Assembly (NCBI GenBank): GCA_039545335.1 | Contig: BCIN01000004.1 | Span: forward strand, 982,925-1,046,924 | Reading direction: 5' to 3' | DNA from: Kondoa subrosea | Taxonomy: Eukaryota | DNA: 64,000 nt | Part shown: one piece after another, positions 25,597 to 38,745 of the stretch | Numbering within the stretch: the stretch's first letter is position 1 | Layout: the number at the start of each line of letters is the position of its first letter | Program-made: the position numbers and the translations under genes | Notes under the pieces: generated by a model | Told to the model about the DNA's origin: nothing | What the model saw: the letters and a program-made list of their open reading frames with translations, nothing else | Database searches by the model: none

Positions 25597-28500
25597 CTAC
25601 GCTTCCTTTTGCTCCTTCTTCGCTAGTTCCCTAAAGATGCCCGAAGATCGACTTAATAGTTCCTTTGGAGTTCCTTGTTCAGCAATCTTGCCTTGATCTA
25701 GAACGAGAATATAGTCCAAAGGCATTACTGTTGCGATTCGATGAGCGACAACTAGTATGGTACAATTACTGAAAGCATTGGCCAAGGTCTCCTGCATTGC
25801 TGCGTCGGTTGCCATGTCGAGAGAAGACGAAGCCTGTAGGGTAACAAATCAGGGTTACAATTTCGATTGAATGAAGTTCACCTACTTCGTCCAAACAGAG
25901 GATTTTGCGGTTCCGAACTGCAATGGACAGTCAGAGGCGTATTTCAGGCTTTTTAGGTCGCGTACGCGAAGCTCGGCACAATGCCAATAATTGCCTCTGA
26001 CCATGAGACAACGTTCCGCTGGCTGCACTGACCATGTGATCGAGCTTGCCATCCAGTTTGTCAATGAAGCTTCGACAATTGGTCTTGTCGATAGCTTCCC
26101 ATATTTCTGCGTCAGTGTGGAGATTCTCTGGATCTAAATTTGCCCTCGCTGTCAATTCGAGCAGTAAAGGATCTTGAGAGTCATGTCAGAAAATGTGCGA
26201 TCAGCTCGAGGATACAGGCATACCCTGAGGAATGATTGTCATCTGCTTCCGAACTTCGCTTCGTAAAGTTTGCGAGATATCAAAGCCATCAACTTCGGTA
26301 ATACATTAGTTTCATCCCGGCTCTGGCATACCGCAAGGCCTACTCGTGATTTGGCCGCGTTCTCTATCCTGTAAACGGAAGAGTGCGCTCAGAAGAGTAC
26401 TTTTGCCAGAGCCGGTCTATCTTCGCCTTGAGTATGAATATAAGCAATAGTGCGTGAACTTACCCTGCCGACGATGCCCACACGACTGCCTGAAGGCACA
26501 GAGAAGCTTATGCCATTGAGAGCAGGTTCGAGAGTAGGTTTATAGCGTAAGACGACATCCTTGAATTGTATAATCCCCTTCTCGATTCGTGGCATGTTTG
26601 CATTTGGGACGATAAGAGCTTCTTCGACTGGAAGATCAATCACGCGTTTGATTCTAGCACAGTCTTAGTATAGAGAACTGCATATAGACTGCTGTGTTTA
26701 CCTCTCAAGTGCGACTGAGCCGAATTGTACGACAGTCAATTTGTCGAAGAAGTTGACGAGCCAAGTAGGGAGTGTCAACGCAGTCAGAAGGCCGATGGCA
26801 AGTAGACCGCTGGCTTCACGCTGGGACACCGCAGTGGCGACCAGCACGAAGCAGAATGCTGCTATACAGTAGCTGAAGAATAGTAGAAGCGCCTGTCTAT
26901 CCCAATTCAACTGTCCTGAAGATAAGCATCAATCTGCACTAGCGCAAGAAGTATGCCCGCTCACCAGAAAGTAAGCTCGATTGACCAAGTCTATATGGTC
27001 GGACATCTGCTCGATCACAAGATTTTGCTTCTTGAAGATTCGCAGGGTTTTTAAACCATCGACTGATGTGATATCCTGATGAGCCATCATTTTGAGCATT
27101 TTCATTCAGAAACCATGCTCTATCGTAGACTAACGTTGATACTCTGATAGATTGGCGTTTTCGCAGCTGTGTCCGAAGACCTGGATAAGCCAAGTAGTGT
27201 GTGCAATACGTATCGGCGTACCTGGTTCGATTTTGCGTAGCTGTCGGGTTGTTTTGGCAAGGCTCCTTCTTGCCAATTCGCCCAAGATTCCAGCCTGACG
27301 CGTCTCAATACATACATGTAGGGGACAGGAGATCACTCACAACTAGGAAGACAATGACGGTGTACCACGAAGCTATAGCCGAAACCATTGCAACTGATAT
27401 CATATTGAAAGCCTGAACACTGAGGCCCTGAACTGCATCGGGAAACTCTCGCTCTATACAAGTGGACTCTCAGCGTTGGCTCACAGATACAAAGGAATGA
27501 TCGACCTGAGATATATGTGTCACTTGAGAAACGATGCAGGACGAATCCATGAGAATTGCGTTCAACGAAATCCAAATCTGTTGATAGCAAGGCATTGATC
27601 TGCTTGCTATGTAGACTTCGAGTCACAGATATCGGCAAGGCGATGTCCATACATCTCCACCATCTGTTGCTGGTTTAAGCTCTCTTTATACCACAAAGGA
27701 TCGAATAACTCACGACAGCAAAGTCACAGCCATGATGACTGTGAGACCAATCAAGCCACCAATCCAGTACCAAGCGTTCCTATCTGCTTCTGAAGATTGC
27801 GACCAATACTTCGGGTGATTTAGCCTCGCATATGTAGATTACGAAGAATAGCTACCTTAGAGTATAGACTGGTACCCACGGCGTGTATCGGCCAGCTAAT
27901 GAGACCTGAGATCGAAGCCCAAGCATACAACCTGAAACCGGCAGCAGCAAAGTAGTATCTTAATGCGACGAGAGTTGACATGTGCTTAGCCTGCTCGGCT
28001 TCATCATTTACAAGATGCTTTTCGCTCTTGTTATTCTGATCGACATCATATCTCGCTGCAGGTAGAGTGACTGATCTTTGCACCGGAGAGACCAGCTCCG
28101 AAGAAACATTCGGATCTTGCATAATGAGAACAAAGTCTGAATCTGAACGAGCAAGACTTGCAGCTGAACCTTGCCTCAGTCCTTTTGTCGATAGGAACAG
28201 GATATGGCGAGCCATTTGGAATCGAGAAGGATCATTGGAGGTCATAATGACTGTTTTGTTCTGCAGAAGACCTGATTGACCAAAGAGTGCCTTCACCACA
28301 GCACGTTCTGTTCTTCGATCCAGAGCGCTGAGGACATCGTCAAGAAGATAGACGTCCGAGCGACTGTATAATGCTCTACAAAGCGCTATTCTCTGCTTCT
28401 GACCTCCGCTAAGGCCTTGACAGAGCTGACTGTCTCCATCTTGCAATAAAGAAAAGTCCAAATCTAGAGCGCACGCTTCGACGCATGATCGATACCAGAG

Positions 28501-31031
28501 CTCATCGAAGGCTTTCATGAAGCAAATGTTGTCGCGAATCGAGAGGCTGCTTTGCAAAAAGGCATCTTGCGCGCAATAGGCAACTTGACTGCCGTGCATA
28601 TTGTTGACAAGTCTTCCGCTTGTGACATGCATTTCATCAGCTAAGGAAAGAAGTAATGTTGATTTTCCGACACCGACTCGACCAGTGATGATGGTTAGCT
28701 GATTGCGTGGTATAGAAGCAGTCATATCGTGTAGTAGAGGAAGGCCTTGGACGCCAATAATGGCTTTGTCAAGCTGGAAAGCATCTGAGGTCACACTAAT
28801 CTTCTCTTTGTCTTCTGAAACAGTTGAACAGGAAGAGGTGCGCGATGAAGTATAGTGTGCAGGATCAATGTTCTCTGACTCATTGAGGAATGCTTGAAGA
28901 CGCTGCAAGGACGACCAGGCAGAAATGCATTTCGGTATATTCCAAGAAATCTGTTTGGTTCATTTAAGCTTGAACATTTCAGACCTAGTCAAGGAATGTC
29001 TTCACCTCGAAGAAATTGCTTTGAAACACCTGTAAAGTAGCCAGGACAACAAAGACATTGCTATAGGTGAAGCTCTGTGTATCTGAGTAGCGGCAGTATA
29101 TGGCATATGTTGCCAAGGTAAGTGTTCGGATGGAAGCGAACATGACATTCGCAGTCCATCCAGTCCAGACAAAACGAGATTGGTACAATCTGGTTTCCTT
29201 CAGCTCATCTTCTCTTAGCTGCAAGTATTTGGCGCCAAGACACTTCTCTAGGGCTGAAAGCTTGATTGCTCACATGCAAGTCAACATGGACGACAGGAGC
29301 CGAACTCTTTTGTCGGTAGCTGCAGAAAGCCGACTTTGATCAACGAGGAAATGACCGGCCGTGAGGACAAGAAGGGACAAATTGAGGATCAAGAGGATCA
29401 GAGTCGAGAGGAAAGAAAGACCCAATTCATGTTGAATAATTATGAACCCAAGGGCGAAGATTAGCATAACTGCCGAAAGAATAGTTGAGCAAACATAAGA
29501 GCTCGACGAAGACTCCTCACTGACTGTGAACTACCAGATACGGAATTTTAGCGACCAGTAAAAATCTCTCGCAGTCAATGGTGCAGTGAGAGGTAATTGC
29601 TCCAGATCCTTGCTTCTGAACAACTGAAATATCTAGGCGGAGCTAGGAAGGTTTGATCAGCTCTTTTGCTGCATGCAAATCCTGCACAGACTCACGACCT
29701 TGCGATAGACCGCCTGTACCAAAGCAGCTCTGACTTTCGTTCCCAGTCTCGTCACGGATACCATAGTATTGCTATCAATAACTCCTAGCCTGTCAAAGTC
29801 TTAGGTCCGATGATGTACATATGGGACTTTGGCCTACAAGAGGAACACTATAGCATAAGATGCTGCCAAAGCCCAGCCATACGAGACAGGTTGAGGAGAT
29901 TCAGACTGATACGAGTGAAAGAACGCCAAAGTAGCTTTCAGAAGCAAAGGCGAAGCCAGCTTCAGTAAAGCGGTCAACGTGACTGTATTATACCTCACAT
30001 CAGAGGCAAACCCGTTGTCTCTCTGACGAACGAACCTTTGATAAGAGGGGTAAGGAAGTCAAGGGGAAACGCAGCCAGTAAAGCACAAGCTAGACCGTTC
30101 CGCCTTCTTGAATGTCGGTTCCATGATTGTTCAAAGACGGTATACACCTCTCTAGAACCTTCGGTCGATTCGCCCAAGTCACTTGCCAGTAAATTGCCAG
30201 CACGAGCTACCTTGATATGCGCCGCTAGCCATAAGAACATGTCTAGGGAAGGAATAGTAAGCTCTAGCTCAACAAATAGAATGATGCGTTACATCGTGGC
30301 AGGAAACCAGCAACTATTTCACCACCGATTGTCTTCCAAATATCATTAGCTGAAATCAGATTATGGATTAGATGTCCGCACCAACTTCAATCGCTCATCA
30401 GCTAAGACTTTTCGCTTTGATATTTGTTCTAGCCAAAAGAGGACCACTTTGGCGGCATAGGCGATAATGAACGAGGTAGTGAGGAACGAGGCATCCGAAT
30501 AGAATCCGACCAGCTTGAATGAACGTAGCAGAATAATTTCTACAATCAGTGTGATTATGAGGTACAGCGGCACCAAGGCAGAACCTCTGAAGGTCCGTAG
30601 GTGCTCCAAATAAGTTAGTATGGAGAGTTGTACCTATCAAAATGTAATCAGCTATTGCTGCCGAGGTTTGAACAGCCTTTACTTACTGATGCTACCAGCT
30701 GAATTATGACTAGTCCAGCAGCCACCGCGCTTCGGTAGGTGTATCTTTCGGAGGCAGTGAACCAAGCGATGACAGCCAAAAGATCGCAGACGACAGCCAG
30801 AATGACTGTACCCATTTTGGCTGGAAACAACAGGAACCATTTGCCTTTGCCGCGAGAGACTACCAAGTTGCTCCGATTGCGAAGTTGATACATTCGTGCC
30901 CATGCCAAAAGTATGAAACAAGCAGAAGGGAGAAGACAAAGCAGGGCAGAAAAAGCAAGTCGGAAATCGAACTCGCGACAAGTGCTCCCTACTTCGCTGG
31001 ATAGTGTCCAGTCATCAGCACAGAGTGACAT
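25597..31031 (-). CDS. ABC transporter, ABCC/MRP subfamily, multi-exon
   Basis: N-terminal TMD0 (CREFDFRLAFS). NBD1 has GRVGVGKS, LSGGQKQRIALCRA and YLLDD. NBD2 has GIVGR..GKS, LSHGQRQLLALCRA and VAHRIATV. Confidence 0.92.
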
Positions 31032-31574
31032 GATTGTTGTGAGGTATGGAGGAGAAGAGAATATATGAGAAGCTCTGACACACAACAAAGGGCGATGATA
31101 TAGCGATACGTCTGCTCTTACGCATAGCCGATATCAAAAGCTTCAACGTAGCATTCAGACACGTGTGGCATAGCGTGGCATAGCATGGACTGCAATCTTC
31201 TTCCCGAAAATGCAATGAAATTCTGGAATCAATGGATCCAAATCCAATGGGAGATTGGCGAAGTAGAGTCAAAGCAATGGATCGGTAGACGTCAATGACT
31301 GGTCTCAATCACGGCGCTGGTATGACAATCCTGTATGGCTGGACAATAGAGTGAAGCAAGAGCCGATGTTGCAATTGGCGTTGAGCTGCTCACTCAGTGC
31401 GAATATGGCGGAGCTCGGTAGAGCTAAGCGGAATGGTTTACTCCTCCCAGTGCAGTTATTAAGACAGGAGACGTATCGGCAAGTCAACAGCAGGTGGAAC
31501 CCAGATTATAACATTTCAAATCTCCCAAATCAATAATACTTAAGCTACCGCAGACCGACTTGGTGTATGTATGT

Positions 31575-33564
31575 TTATAGGAGCAGAGTCTGATTGCCAA
31601 GGTATCAGTTTTAGCTGCATGCTGAAAAGGAGGGATAACTCACTGTTTCAACCATGATACCAGTGACCTAAAGCAACAAGACACATCAGCTTGTGTCTAT
31701 TTGATCAAAAGAGGAATATATACTTGATAGCAGTCGATGTTGGATGCTCTGTTTTGATTAATGGAAGATCAGTCAAAACATCTTTAAGCGGATAAGATGC
31801 AAACACTCACGGTCGTCTGTCTTCAAAGTATCCGTAACCTTTGGCGGAGACGGATCTGTGGCACCTCATTAGCCCAGCACAAATCGTATGCATGCCCATC
31901 TACCTTGGGATACGAACTAAGGGCATATACTTAGCATACGCTGCTGTAATGACATGGAGAAGAACTTACTGGAAGCACCTCTGTTAGCTACACCAGAGCT
32001 GAATTGAGAGATGTGGCCAGTCTCGTGGGCTCCAGTGAGACGGAGATCATTGTCAGTTCCGTAAACAGCAATGTGTTCCTAACCTCAAAGTCAGCTAGAT
32101 TCTTAGTAGTCTGGCGACCGACATACGTTATGTCTCTTTTCGAGCTTCTCAATCATGGACTTGATGACAGCCATACCATTCTTTTCATCACGAGTTCCGA
32201 CAGTTGAGTAGTTCTATACGTCTGGTCAGAAAGCCCGAACGTGACTTTTAGTGATCATGACCATACAGTGTGAGCTCCAGCGCCGTTCCAGTCACCCTTG
32301 AGTGGTTTAGGGTGGAAAGAAACTTTGATGCCCCATCTAATTTTGAATAATGAACTCAAGTTGACATCACGCCATAAACTTGTACTCACTCTTCAGCACA
32401 ACGAATGAGAAGGAATCTTGCCATGGTCATGTGATCACCAGATTCGATGCCGACGCAAGGACCGACTTGGAATTCCCATTGAGCGGGCATGACTTCAGCG
32501 TTGATACCAGAGATCTTGATACCAGAGTAAAGGCAGGCTCGGTAGTGAGCTTCGATAAGATCTCTAGCGAAAACACGTCCAGTTCCTGCTCATGAGCTCG
32601 AGCATTCAGCACCTTGTCGACAAAGGTGAATTGAATAAAGACGAACCGACACCGCAGTAGTATGGACCTTGAGGACCTGGGAAACCGCCCTTTGGCCATC
32701 CGTATGGTGCGCCGTCATTGTTGAAAAGAGTGTACTCTTGTTCAATACCAAACCAAGGTTCTTCGGCTTTAGCTTGTTCCATTACTTTATTGCAGTGATA
32801 TCTGGACCATACAAATGAGTCTCTTGCCTCTGAGCCATGAGCAAAGCAAGCTTACCTGTGGTTGGTCTTGTTGGGGGTTCCATCAGGGTTGAAAGTTTCG
32901 CACAGAACAAGGATGTTGCTGTTATAACCACTTAGTGGACGGTATAGGCGAAGTAATGCGCGAAGATGACATACTCTCCAAGACGGAAAGGATCCTTGAA
33001 GATAGCGGCAGGGCGAAGGAAGACATCAGAGTCATGACCTGCTGCTTGGTTGGTAGAAGAACCATCAAAGTTCCATTCTGGTAGATCATCAACGCTCTTG
33101 ATTGGTCCCTCGAGTGTCTGTTAATAGATTGGCTTATCAGAATCGAATCTTTGAAGAGAGACATTTGGGGGATTCAAGGACAGATTTATCCGCCCATTAC
33201 TCCATTAACAAAGGCAACTTACTTGAGTCTTGCAACGGAATCCAAGCTCGCCATCTGATGCGTGTACAGTCATTCAGCACTTCTATGACTAAGCAGTAGA
33301 CTTGTTTCAAGAAGACCCACCTCTGTTCAAGGAAGCAAACAGCACAGATCAGCTAGTGATGGGTATCAAGTAGCTACAGGAGACACTCACAACCAAACAT
33401 ATTCAGCTTGGATCTTTCCTCCCTGGTCCAAAGCGAGGTAAGGAGCGAGAATGTCCCTATCAAACACCAAAACATTTTGGATCAGCCCCGCTCTCTCCTT
33501 CGAGTCTCCCCTCGCTGTTAGACAGAGCAGCGTACTTGTGGATAGAGTAAGGATCACGAGCCAT
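31575..33564 (-). CDS. GLN1: Glutamine synthetase, multi-exon with a 2-nt microexon
   Basis: [74 protein letters not shown]. Confidence 0.97.
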
Positions 33565-33816
33565 TGTAATATATGAAGGTGGAAGATTGAAGTGTAGAAA
33601 GGAAACTTCCTTATCACTCGAAGGACCGAAATCACCGGTTGTCTCCGATGGCTATGTAAGTCAAAGGGAGGCAGAGGAGCACAGCTATCATAGCTACGCC
33701 TGACTGCAGTGCTATCAGCATGTAGATCCGAAAAGATTTGACCTTCCCGCTTGTCAAAAGTAGAGTTCCCGATCGAGATGAACTTGAATGCATATTGTAC
33801 AGCTTCTTACATCCTT

Positions 33817-36800
33817 TCAAGCTACATCCATATCGGATACAGACTCATTGTCCTCTGCAAACAACCTTTCGCTGATAAAGTCTTCATCTTCTCCATCAGC
33901 GAAACCTCTTCCTCCAGAATAAGCCAAAGCCACAGGCAGGAAGACCAACCCATGCAGTGCGCCAGAGATGATCAGTGCGAGCCACATGCGGAAGTAGTAG
34001 GTCTGTCATGACCAGTCAGTGACGCGTCAATAACACAGAAAGCGAGAACTCACTCTCAGCAGCTTCGATCTCGTCAATGCCAATACAGAGATTCCAATGA
34101 GCTTAGTCATAGTAATACCAGAGAAGACCTTGTTCCTAAACTCAGCCCTCTGAATTTCTAAAAGAGTATAATAGGACTCACAGAAGATCCCACATCAGCT
34201 AAAGCGACCCAAGCTCTTTCATTCCTCTCTTTTGGTCCAGAAGGATGATCAAAAGGTAGACCACCTCCCAGAGCACCGGAGAAAGCTCTAGCGATATGAG
34301 AACAAAACTCCACCGATATCCCCACAGCAATGACCAAATTAACCAAAGAAACTGCGTTGAGACTTATAGACCATAGTCCCATGATACCCATGACCATCAT
34401 GACGGACATGAATGTCGTTCCTGCTACCACCGCGCCAGTTCGGAATGACCCAAGCATGAAAGAAGTCATGAAAAATACAGCTAGTAAAGCTAAGAAGAGG
34501 ACTTGACGCGTAGTTGCTGTTATCGTAGAATATTGATCAAAGAAAACGTAGAAGATAGAATAAGGATAAACGTGACCACCACTTTTGGTTGAAAGATCGT
34601 TGGCTATTCGATCAGCAGCTGCCATGGCGTCGATGAAGTCCTCTTGTGATTTTAGTGGGGTGTGATATGTTCTGAAATGGGATGCTGCTACATTATGGGC
34701 TGATTCGATAGAGATAGCAGACGAGTAAGGCGCTTGACCGCCCAAGGGACATGATTCGTCAGTCGGTGTCTTGAGCCATTGTTCCAGATAGCGCATGAAT
34801 TGATCGCCTTCAGGTAATCCTTCCATCGACACGTTCCAACTTTGACTTTCAGCTTCGTAACAAGGCATACATCGTGATTCCGATTCCGTCGAAGCGCAGA
34901 AAGTAGAGTGATCGTTGCGTCTGACTCGACAGCATGTATCAAGGACGGGATTAAGCCATTGGAAGTAATCGTCAAGCCAAACAGCAGGCGGTTCTGCTAA
35001 GAAAGAAGAGTCGGACTGTTTGCGTTGAGCTTCAAGAATATTAGCAACAGATTGATCTTCGCAAGTTGAGAAGCGACCACATAGAGCTTGCTGGCCAGCT
35101 CGAGCAGTAACATTGACCTTTTCCGTGACAAAATAGACTGGCGGTCCAACATCAAGGAAATTATCGATCGCGTCAAAGTAGGAGACCAGATAGGACCGAG
35201 ACGGAAGAGCTAGTCGCTGATCTATATAAAGATGAGACTTGGTCTTGGCAAACGCTAAGAACCATACCGAGTCCAAGATCGACTGTTCTCGCAGATACCC
35301 AGGACAACACAAACATAAGCGAGAAGATAGCAAGCACTGCTTGCTTAGTGTACTTCCGCAACAAGAAAGGCGCATAGTGGTTGGAGATGAAGCGGGTGAT
35401 ACTACTCGACGCAACAGCGTATAAGCTTGTCTTGGAGGCGGGCATCTTTATGCAAGGTAGACAATCAACGCGGTTGGCCTGACAGAAAATCAGCGGGTCC
35501 ACAAGTTCGTATTTTCTTGGCTCACCTCCGTCCTTCGCAAGTCAATAGTGATAGCCGCTACAAATACCGTAACTTGGAGTATCGCATTAATAGCGACTGC
35601 TCCGGCAGCATAGATTGCAAAATTGCGGACAGCTGGCATTCCAACGAGCGCACCAAGCGAGAAAGCCATTGTTTCGCAGACCGCGCTGAGAGTGATCGAA
35701 GGACCCATTCTTGATAGAGCTCGAGCTACTCTTTCCTCTGGTGCTGGCAGACCATCCAAATCTTCATCATATTCTGCTCTGCGTTGCTCATCGTCCATCA
35801 GAGCTTGTCCAGCTCCGCCATGCCGAGGCATTGTTGCGTAGGCTCGGGAATTCTGTCGTTCAAGTTCATGAGCGAGGATGAAGACATTATCCACACCGAT
35901 AGCGAGAACAAGGAAAGGTATGACTTCGGCGATGATGAGAGTGATCTTGATGCCTAGCATGGAGAAGAGTCCAACCGCGGTCGATACCGAAAGCAGGACG
36001 ACTGGATGATTCCGTTAGATGAATCTCAATTGATCACGATGATCTTACTAGCAATTCCCCAAAGACCTAGGAGGAACTTTGACTCCACTAAGACTCTTCG
36101 CATCAGCATTCCTGGCTTCTCCTCTTCATCATCGTCTTCTAGGTAAATAGCTCCGCCGCTCTTGCTTATCCGCCGCAGAACTAGACGGTACGTCCTCCTC
36201 AAGAAGCTTCTAACTACGCCAAATAATCCACCTAGAGTTCCGCCCAGGGCCAGCGAAACATACACAAACATGACTAAGTAAGAAAGAACGACGATCGGTA
36301 CATCAGTGTTTGTGGATTTGTTGAGTTCTTGTTCGAGAGAAACACCAGTAGAATAAGCGATTTGAAGACCCATTTCCGTTCGTGCTCTAGATCCCAGGGC
36401 TTCAAAATAGGCTTGCAAAGTGTTCTCCCATTCTTCAGCCTTAGCTATTACTTGTTTGTCCAGGGAATTGTTGACAACGTAGGTAATAACCAAAGCTCGC
36501 GCTTCTGTTGCCGAGACTACGCTATCTGAGCCATCATCAGGATTGGCGAGCGAGGCAGAATGATTGCCACTGTAGCCAGGAATACCTCCAAAGAGCAGTC
36601 GAGGTGAAAGAGGTTGACCACTAGGTGACAAACAGAGACTTGGACTTGAAGCACATTCATTCAATGAATCTGCCCAAGTTGCTTTCCGAATATTACTGAA
36701 GTCATTGCCAAAGTAGCCCATAAAGCTTTGAGTGACACAATCATCTGCTGATGTAGCTCTTCCAGAAGGAGCGAAGCAGACATCTTTCAATGTATAACCA

Positions 36801-38487
36801 TTTTTAGGTGAAGCCAATTGTCGAATCTCCTCTTCTATTCCGGCCCACCACTTGATTCGTTCATATGAAAGGACAGGTGCATTCGGGTCAAGATTGTCGC
36901 TAAGGAAGATTTGTTCTGTTCGATAGAAAGGCCCAAAATCCGCTTCGAACGCTTCTTTGTTACGAGCCGAATCACTGCCTTTCGCTACCCAAAGCTTGAC
37001 CGGATCTCTTTCTACTTTGAATCTTGCCCAACCAGAATTGAGCAGACCACAAAGTAGTAGACCAAGAACCAGCGTTATATAGGGTTTCGAAGCGCAGAAG
37101 TAGCCTAAGCTGTAAAACCATTTGGAAAGATGTGTATTGACAAAGTATGCTCTAGGTTGGGAAGCTTCTAGAGGACCTCCTTCCAATAGCGATGCACCTC
37201 GACCAAGCCGATTTCTTGACAGCGAGTGTGCCGGTGAGCTGTCCATCATCGACGACCCGCTCGGTGGACCGTTATAGGATCGTGGCAGAGGAGCAGAATT
37301 AGAAGAATGAGAAGATTGACGATCATGGGAGTCTGTTTGATCTTCGTCAAGAGAGATACCGCTGAGGTTCGAATGCCTGTTGCGCAGTTTGGGCAGCAAA
37401 GTGGAGCGACGCAGCCAGATCTTTTGAATTCCCATTCCAAACATGAAGCAGAAAAGAGCTATGCTGTATAGTAGAATCAGAGCGAAGTCGAAGCAGCGTA
37501 CGCGGCCGACTCGGCATTCAGAAGCCTTGATTTCCTGAGGCGAAGGGGTATGTGGTAGTGCCAGGCAATTGTCTGGACAATCCGGACACGCGCATCTAAT
37601 GGTTGGGTCCGACGAATTGCACGCGTTGACCTTGCGATCGAAAGGCTCAATATGCGTATCGGAAATAGGATCAGATCCAGGTATTGGCAGATCTGTAGCA
37701 GGTTGAGGGAAGTCTATCTGGAAGGGAGAACCAAGTCCAGGTCTCTACATACACCTTAAGCTAATGGCAATCTGATTGAGGACTGGACAAACCTCTTGAC
37801 CCATATATCTCAAGAAAGCTAACCAATTCTTTGCTCCTCCGCCTAGGAATTCCATCGCATATCCATTGGTAGCACCAAATTTGACATTTTTACAGCTATC
37901 GAAGAAGCCAGAACCGAAATGCGTTGACACATGGAAAGCCAAACTCTTCACTGCAGGACCAAAAGTAGCAAACGAATCGGCATCTGTTGGCGAGAAAGCT
38001 GAAGTGAAGGAAGATAGATTCTGTGTAGCCGTGACGGAAACAAAAAGAGACTGATCAGGCGAACAAGTAAGGCCACAATAGAAATCGCGGAAGTTCAGAC
38101 GACAAGCAGGACACAAGGCTAAGAGTGGTTCTGCTTGAGCTAGAGATTGCTGGAAAGTGTCAAGCTGATCAGGAGTACAGCAGGCGTGTGTCCATTCGGA
38201 TTCTGGGCCACAGACTTCGCGCAATGATGCTTGAAACGCTGGATCCACCTGTTGATACGTTTGAATACATGACAGCTGCACCGATGTATACAGCTACACA
38301 CAGATCTTGCTTTCTGATTGTCTGCACAAGGAAGCGCCTGTCCAAAGATTCCGCCTTTACGACCGCATTCACCATACATTGAGCATCTTCCAGCTTCCCT
38401 GATTGTTCCCTGTCCCCATCTAGGGTTATCCGCTTGAGCTAATGCAAAGGTATCAAGCAGCACCAAAGCTGCGATGGGTATCCGCAT
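33817..38487 (-). CDS. NCR1: Niemann-Pick type C1 sterol transporter, multi-exon
   Basis: Signal peptide, Cys-rich NPC1 N-terminal domain ([24 protein letters not shown]), [11 protein letters not shown], sterol-sensing domain ([18 protein letters not shown]), [25 protein letters not shown]. Confidence 0.95.
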
Positions 38488-38745
38488 GAACTCGCTGTTC
38501 AAGTCCAAGCTGCAGTCCAAGCTATTGAATGCACGAACGCCCAAAATGCAACGTATTGCTACATTGCAGCTTTTTTTTTGTGTTTTTGTTATTGATTACC
38601 CTATATTACTTGTCCTTCTTTCCTGCACCGATATGCGAAATAATATTACAAGGGAGACGAGAAGAGAGATTATGCAATGTAGATGGTGAACTTCCTTTGC
38701 GTATGGAGCGTTCCGGTATCTTGCATGCTTTGGTGATATGCAGAA

